64,000 bases of DNA from an uncultured Candidatus Sumerlaeota bacterium (GTDB taxonomy: Bacteria > Sumerlaeota > Sumerlaeia > SLMS01 > CAYUNT01). Numbering within the stretch: position 1 is the first letter of the stretch; each line of letters begins with the position of its first letter. The stretch covers positions 32 through 64,031 of the forward strand of contig CAYUNT010000002.1 of the NCBI GenBank assembly GCA_964446285.1. The letters are read 5' to 3'. Both the position numbers and the translations under genes were made by a program. The notes under the pieces are model-generated. The model saw only the letters and a program-made list of their open reading frames with translations, had not been told where the DNA came from and made no database searches. Below are positions 58,687 to 64,000 of this stretch, piece by piece.

Positions 58687-60453
58687 ATGACCTCTACCAC
58701 CCGTTCCTCGATTGCCCCCGCCCTGTTGATGGCGGGGGTAATGTTTGCCCTCGCGTGGTCCGTGGCCTTTGTGCCCATCCGCGCCGACAACGATTGCTGG
58801 TGGCACGTCAAAACCGGCAAATACATCAGCGAACACGGAATCCCCAGCCACGATGTGTTTTCTTTCACGGCGGAAGATCACAAGTGGGACAACCACGAAT
58901 GGCTGACCGAGGTGGCGATGTGGCAGATGTATCGCCTGGGCGACGAAACGGGCCTGGGCGGATGGCGCGCGGTGATTTTGCTGACGGCGCTTCTTTCGAT
59001 GGCCTCGTGGGCGGCGGTGGCGTGGCTCGCGGGACGGCGAGTGCGCTATTGGCCGGTGGCGCTCTTCGTGGCAATCTGGGCCATCGCCATCGGACGCCGC
59101 ACGCTCTATCCGCGCCCGCCCGTGGTTACGTATGCGCTTTTTGCAATCTTCCTGTGGATATTGTATGAGGTGCGATTGCGGCGCTGGCCGCGCAAACGCC
59201 TCGCCTGGCTCGTTCCGCTGACCGCGCTTTGGTCCAATCTGCATGGCGGATGGATGGCCGGGCTGGTGGCCGTGGTGTTTTTCGGATTCGAGTCGGCGCT
59301 CGCGACCGCTTTCGACTGGTGGCGGCAATGGCGCGCCGCGAAAAGGAACCTGTCAGACATTCAAAAAGGAAGACTAGGACGGGACGTCCAAGCCACCGGA
59401 GATCTTGGGCTAGATGCCCAAGCCGCCGGAAATGCGCGACTTGACTTCCACCGCAAAGACTTCATCGCCTACAGTCTCGTCTTTCTCGGGTGCGTGGCCG
59501 CGTCGTGCGCCAATCCCTTCGGGTGGCGGCTGTATCTGCTGCCCGCTCGCGTGATGAAAGACCCGAATCTGACGCGCCTCATCGGCGAATTGCAGCCTCC
59601 GAACTTGTTTTACACGGTAGCGTTTCTCGTCGCTCTGCTCGCGGCGGGCGCGGGATTCGCCCTCGTGCGGAGGCGGCCCGTCGCGCTGCCGGACGCGCTT
59701 TTGTTTCTCTTTTGGGGATGGCAGGCCGGGCAGCACGTCCGCCACCTGCCGATGTTCGCCGTTGCCGCCGCGCCGCTGCTCGCCGTGCTCGTGCGCCAGG
59801 GATTGGCGGATTTCCGCACGCACCCGGCCATGTTGAGCGCGGGGTCTGGCCTGCGCCGCGCGATCCATTGCGCAACGCCCTGGGCCATCGCCGCCGCGGG
59901 CGCCGTCCTTGCGGTCTATGTGGCGCTCAATCCGCGCGAAGCCGATTCGTATCCGGCGCGCAATCGCGACCTCCTGCGCGGAACCGACTACATCGCGGAG
60001 AATTATCCGGCCGAGGCGTGCGATTTCGTGCTGGCGAATGACATTCGCGGACGCCTCTTCAATCTGAATCACTACGCCGGCTATTTGATTTGGCGTCTTT
60101 CGCCCGAACACACGCGCGTATTCACCGATTCGCGGTTCGACATCTTTGGCGGGCGCTTTATCGAGGACGAATATGTGATCCGCCGCGGCGCGGAATCGGC
60201 GCGCGAGGGCGTCCTGTGGCAAGAACGCCTCGACGCCTATAAAATCGACTGGATTCTCATTCCGGACGCCGAACCGCTCAACGAACGTCTTTCGGCGCAT
60301 CCCGAGGCGTGGGAACTCGTCTATCGCGACGGCCCGTGGTCGCGCCATCCGGCGGGATTCTCGATTTGGATTCGCGTCACGCCCGAGACGCAAGCCATGC
60401 GCGACCGCTGCCGCCGCGCCCTCGCCGCCATGTCGCCCGAGCCAAAGGAATAA
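58687..60453 (+). CDS. Polytopic membrane protein, GT-C glycosyltransferase-like
   Basis: DNDCWWHVKTGKYI, WDNHEWL, LYPRP, LWSNLHGGW, ANPFGW, VRHLPMF, VFTDSRFDIFG. Confidence 0.78.
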   Translation: MTSTTRSSIAPALLMAGVMFALAWSVAFVPIRADNDCWWHVKTGKYISEHGIPSHDVFSFTAEDHKWDNHEWLTEVAMWQMYRLGDETGLGGWRAVILLTALLSMASWAAVAWLAGRRVRYWPVALFVAIWAIAIGRRTLYPRPPVVTYALFAIFLWILYEVRLRRWPRKRLAWLVPLTALWSNLHGGWMAGLVAVVFFGFESALATAFDWWRQWRAAKRNLSDIQKGRLGRDVQATGDLGLDAQAAGNARLDFHRKDFIAYSLVFLGCVAASCANPFGWRLYLLPARVMKDPNLTRLIGELQPPNLFYTVAFLVALLAAGAGFALVRRRPVALPDALLFLFWGWQAGQHVRHLPMFAVAAAPLLAVLVRQGLADFRTHPAMLSAGSGLRRAIHCATPWAIAAAGAVLAVYVALNPREADSYPARNRDLLRGTDYIAENYPAEACDFVLANDIRGRLFNLNHYAGYLIWRLSPEHTRVFTDSRFDIFGGRFIEDEYVIRRGAESAREGVLWQERLDAYKIDWILIPDAEPLNERLSAHPEAWELVYRDGPWSRHPAGFSIWIRVTPETQAMRDRCRRALAAMSPEPKE

Positions 60454-60522
60454 TAAGGGCATTCGCCAAATGAATAATTACTGCAGAGTCGAATTGAAAC
60501 GGATAAGAGGAAGTAAACTCCA

Positions 60523-61422
60523 ATGAGTGGCGGAGAAAACGAATCGTTCAGCCGGGAAGCAAGGCAGGCGCTTGCCTTTGCGCGGCGCGAGGCGGGGCGG
60601 TTGCTTCATCCCGCCATCGAACCCGAGCATATCCTTCTCGGCATCCTTCGCGCGGACGATTGCCAGGCGGCTTCGCTCATCCGCCAACGCGAGGCCGATC
60701 CCGACCTCGTGCGCCTCGAAGTGGAGCGAATGATCCGAACCCCTGCGCCGCCGCGCCTCGCGCTCGATATTCCCTTTTCGCCCCGCTCGGAGGACTTTCT
60801 GGCCCAGGTGGATTCCATCCGCCACTCGCTCGGGCACGATCAAATCCGCACAATCCATTTGCTGCTCGCCATGACGGGCGACACCTCGCTGCCTGTCTGC
60901 GCCATCCTCGCGCGCCACGGCGTCACGATCCGCGCCGTCCTCGAACGCCTCCTGATCGAGCAGGGCATTGTGCGCGACTCGTCGCCGCTCGAACTCCTTA
61001 TCATTCGCAACCTCGTGAAAACAGGCCGCCTTACCGACGGCATAGCCCGCGCCCTGCTTCAACGCAACGCCCACGAAAACGTCAAAGACATCCTGCTGGC
61101 GGAAGGCCACCTGACCGAGATGGACGTGGCGCGCATCCTCGCCCGCGAATCCGGCGCGCAAAGCGTGGACCTCGCCGAATTCGACCCGGACGCCTCGCTT
61201 CTGCGCCAGTTCCCCGCGGATTTGGCGCGCAGGCTCGAGGTGCTGCCGCTCCGCTACGACAAAGACGAAGACGCCCTGTTTATTGCTGTGGCCAATCCGC
61301 TCGAAAGGGACCACATCGAGGAAATTCAGAATTTGTGGGGCGTCAAGGTGGTCACGATGGTCGCGCCCGAATTTACGCTCAAACGCCTCATCGCGGAGCA
61401 CTACCCCGCCTCTTCCGCCTAG
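60523..61422 (+). CDS. Clp N-terminal repeat domain fused to a GspE/PilB N-terminal domain, no ATPase
   Basis: FSREARQALAFARREA..L.H..IEPEHILLGIL and PFSPRS...LGHDQIRTIHLLLA; then VDLAEFDPD..LL..FPADLARRLEVLPL...LFIAVANPL...LIAEHY. Confidence 0.82.
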   Translation: MSGGENESFSREARQALAFARREAGRLLHPAIEPEHILLGILRADDCQAASLIRQREADPDLVRLEVERMIRTPAPPRLALDIPFSPRSEDFLAQVDSIRHSLGHDQIRTIHLLLAMTGDTSLPVCAILARHGVTIRAVLERLLIEQGIVRDSSPLELLIIRNLVKTGRLTDGIARALLQRNAHENVKDILLAEGHLTEMDVARILARESGAQSVDLAEFDPDASLLRQFPADLARRLEVLPLRYDKDEDALFIAVANPLERDHIEEIQNLWGVKVVTMVAPEFTLKRLIAEHYPASSA

Positions 61423-61662
61423 GCAGGGCAAAAGGGGCGCCGCGCGCGACGCGGAAAAGCCGATTGCCCTCGGGCGCGGGGGCTGCTACGCAGTGATGCC
61501 ATCGCGCGCCGAGCGAACGCCTCTGGATTTCGCCCGGCCTTTCCTTCTCATCGTTCCTGGAATCCCGGCGATGGGCCGAATTCCCGCTGGTTCTTTGCCC
61601 CCTCCTCCCCGCCGCCCATCCAAAACGCCAGCGCCCGCTGCGCCGCGGAGAAACATAGCATA

Positions 61663-62796
61663 ATGAAAATAGCCGCCATCGTATATTTGGTATATATTGT
61701 GGTTTTGGTGATATGGGGATGGATCGCGCGGCGCTGGCGCATGGTCGGACGCCATTTTGTATATCAGATATTGATCGCCGGCGCGTTCTTCATGCTCCTG
61801 CCGTTTTATTGGATGCTCATCACGTCGTTCAAAGACGCCTCGCAATCCAACACCTTCCCGCCCAACTGGCTTCCGGTGCGCGCGCGTAATTACGTCGAGC
61901 ACGAGGGCCGCAAAGAACGTGTCGATATTGTAAAACGAGGCCGCAAGCCCACGGACCCCGTGCAGGTGGTTCCCGATTCGGCTGTCGGATTCCAAAAGGA
62001 AATCAGCCCGAGCGGACACATTGTGCATCAGAAGGGCTGGCCCGAAAAGGCAGTGTTCAGCGTTCCCGCGGACGCCATCAGCCAGCGCATCGAAATGTCG
62101 CTTTCGCCGGTCAATTTCATCGAGGCGTGGTATGCGCCCGAGGTTTCGACGCTCGGCGCGGTGAATTTCGGGCGATATTTCTGGGTTTCGATCTACACAG
62201 GCGTGCTCTCCACCGCCGGAACGCTCATCACGGCCGCGCTCGCCGCCTATGCATTCTCCCGGATGCGATTCATCGGAAAAGGACTGTTTTTTTACATCGT
62301 TCTGGCAACGATGATGGTCCCCGGCCAGGTTTTGCTCATCCCGGACTTTATTATTCTCGACATGCTCCACTGGCTCGATACGCCGCTCGCCCTGATTGTG
62401 CCGTGGCTGGCATCCGTATTTACCATTTTCCTTATGCGGCAGTTTTTCATGACGATCCCCGACGACCTCTGGGATGCGGCGCAAATCGACGGCGCGGGGC
62501 GATTCCGGTTCCTTTGGCAGGTCGTGACGCCGCTTTCAAAACCCGTATTCATCACAGCGGGGATTTTTACATTTCTTGCCCAATGGAACTCGTTGCTGTG
62601 GCCCTTGATCGTCACCTCCAGCCCCGAGATGCGAACGCTCATGGTCGGCTTGCAGACCTTCAACCAGGAGGCTGGCTCCGACTATCATCTGCTGATGGCC
62701 GCATCGTCGCTCGCCATCCTGCCCGTAGTGCTCTTGTTCTTCTTCCTGCAGCGATTCTTCATCCAGGGCATCGCGCGCGCCGGACTGAAGTCCTAG
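61663..62796 (+). CDS. Carbohydrate ABC transporter permease (MalG-type) with enlarged first loop
   Basis: LLPFYWMLITSFK, AAYAFSRMRFIGK, ATMMVPGQVLLIP, EAA-loop DLWDAAQIDGAG, FLQRFFIQGIARAGLK. Confidence 0.93.
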   Translation: MKIAAIVYLVYIVVLVIWGWIARRWRMVGRHFVYQILIAGAFFMLLPFYWMLITSFKDASQSNTFPPNWLPVRARNYVEHEGRKERVDIVKRGRKPTDPVQVVPDSAVGFQKEISPSGHIVHQKGWPEKAVFSVPADAISQRIEMSLSPVNFIEAWYAPEVSTLGAVNFGRYFWVSIYTGVLSTAGTLITAALAAYAFSRMRFIGKGLFFYIVLATMMVPGQVLLIPDFIILDMLHWLDTPLALIVPWLASVFTIFLMRQFFMTIPDDLWDAAQIDGAGRFRFLWQVVTPLSKPVFITAGIFTFLAQWNSLLWPLIVTSSPEMRTLMVGLQTFNQEAGSDYHLLMAASSLAILPVVLLFFFLQRFFIQGIARAGLKS

Positions 62797-62828
62797 CGGC
62801 AAAGGGCGGGCACAAGGCAGGATGGGGA

Positions 62829-63037
62829 AGTTGTGAGTTGAGAGTTGTGGGTTGTGGGTTGTGGGTTGTGAGTAGTGGGTTGTGGGTTGTGAGATTTTCC
62901 GGTGGCTTGGACGTCCCGTCCAAGATTCTTTGATGAGTTTTTAGATAGGCTCTTTTTACCTCCAACCAGTCCCAGGTTGAGCGCTCACGCGCTCAGGGCA
63001 TGCGGAAAATGCGCGAGTGCGGAGCCTCGCGGTCCCA
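62829..63037. repeat. Cluster of repeat families: heptamer array (62829-62892), REP-like A (62899-62924), REP-like B (63013-63037)
   Basis: (GTTGTGG/A)n, ccggtggCTTGGACgtcccGTCCAAG, gcgagtgcggagcctcgcggtccca. Confidence 0.8.
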
Positions 63038-63193
63038 GGTTCGGCAGAGCGAGCGCGAAATTTCCCTGCAAATCGAATGATGCGCTTCGCGGGGCTTGCC
63101 TTGGCGGACCTCTTCATGCAGTGTCGCGCGAGATGCGGCTATTAAGGCGTTCCCAGGGCGCCAAATACTCCACCCAACAGGAGGCGCAACCAG

Positions 63194-64000
63194 ATGAGAT
63201 TTATCAAATCGTTTTTCAATTACATCCTCAGCATCAACACGATCTGGGGATTTATGATCGTGATCGCGCTTTTGCTGGCGCTCTTTCAGCACATCGCATC
63301 CACCAAAACCCCCCTTCCGCTCGAAAAATGGCTGGAAGGACCTAATAAAGTGGGCATCAAGGTGGTGGACAAGGACGACAAGGTCTATGGGGCCGGCTTC
63401 ACTTTGCGGCGCGAAAACAACAGTTATCTGGCCGTCGAGCAGCCGCCCGATCCGCTCCCGGACGTTCCCTGGCTGGCTGGCGCGGAGCCTTCGCCCAAAG
63501 GCGGATGGATTTTCAAATGGAGCGCGGGCGCCAAGGCCACTGAGGAGGCGGCCGATGCTTCGAGCGCCAAAGCGGTCATCAAAGGCGATTATGAGGCGCT
63601 CCTTGACGGAAACAAAGTGTCGGGCGGCGTATTTGAGGGGGGCGTTGTCGAGATTCCTCTCGACGAAAAGGTGCTTGCACAGGGGGACAACTTTCTGGTG
63701 GTCCGCCTGACGCACCTCCAAAGTCCTGTTCGCCAATCGCGGTTTCTCATCATCCGGGATGGTTCCAACTGCATTTTCCAGAAACTCGATCCGGATGAGA
63801 CGGCCCCGTTTCTGAAGAATGTTTCGGCGAAAAGCGGCGCTGTGCAGATCGCATGGGACATCAAGACCTACGGCAAATACGCTGTTTCTCTGAATGAAAA
63901 GACACTTGCCGCCGGGAAACTTGTCACGCTCAAGACAATGACCGACGCGGCCTTTGATTACGCCAAAACCGCCTTCAACATCGGCCTGGGTCTTGTGGCC
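63194..64000 (+). CDS. SpmA-like nucleoside-recognition (Gate) membrane protein with large soluble insert, truncated by the window end
   Basis: Absent from the ORF track because it has no stop in the window; ATG 63194 after GGAGG gives MRFIKSFFNYILSINTIWGFMIVIALLLALF, and the same frame at the edge reads KTMTDAAFDYAKTAFNIGLGLVA. Confidence 0.72.
   Translation, partial: MRFIKSFFNYILSINTIWGFMIVIALLLALFQHIASTKTPLPLEKWLEGPNKVGIKVVDKDDKVYGAGFTLRRENNSYLAVEQPPDPLPDVPWLAGAEPSPKGGWIFKWSAGAKATEEAADASSAKAVIKGDYEALLDGNKVSGGVFEGGVVEIPLDEKVLAQGDNFLVVRLTHLQSPVRQSRFLIIRDGSNCIFQKLDPDETAPFLKNVSAKSGAVQIAWDIKTYGKYAVSLNEKTLAAGKLVTLKTMTDAAFDYAKTAFNIGLGLVA

Noticed and set aside
45357-64000. Bacillus-like dacB-spmAB sporulation operon
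   Set aside because: Bacillus dacB is an S11 peptidase, whereas these are S13 and lie more than 14 kb away on the other strand.

Overview
GC-rich bacterial chromosomal segment, mostly housekeeping genes: melA-type GH4, ROK regulator, mutS, proB, obgE, nusB, hisG, gltD, metH, two dacB, addAB, a yqjDEK-like triad, an ABC permease and a partial spmA-like gene. The two 'PNFLEAQxRSKV...YDxTNGTVSxGDI' pilin-like proteins and a secreted protein ending in 'SAVSDWTLY' suggest Candidatus Sumerlaeota (BRC1) or a relative; this is inference from recalled protein styles, not a search. Accessory content: a ParE-type toxin-antitoxin pair, a small-protein/nucleotidyltransferase pair, a frameshifted IS630, an adjacent ~95-bp MITE-like element and a short AT-richer islet. 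The best candidate for an undescribed system is a tightly coupled five-gene operon (29772-34670): one soluble barrel-sandwich-hybrid/KOW protein plus four membrane proteins, none with an assignable function. Other oddities: one in-frame TAG in a secreted protein gene that has a long hairpin leader; a Clp-N/GspE-N fusion with no ATPase; and several REP-like and short tandem repeat families that occur both between genes and in frame inside mutS, addA, addB, nusB and two membrane-protein genes. No rRNA, tRNA or CRISPR array was recognised. All assignments are by eye.
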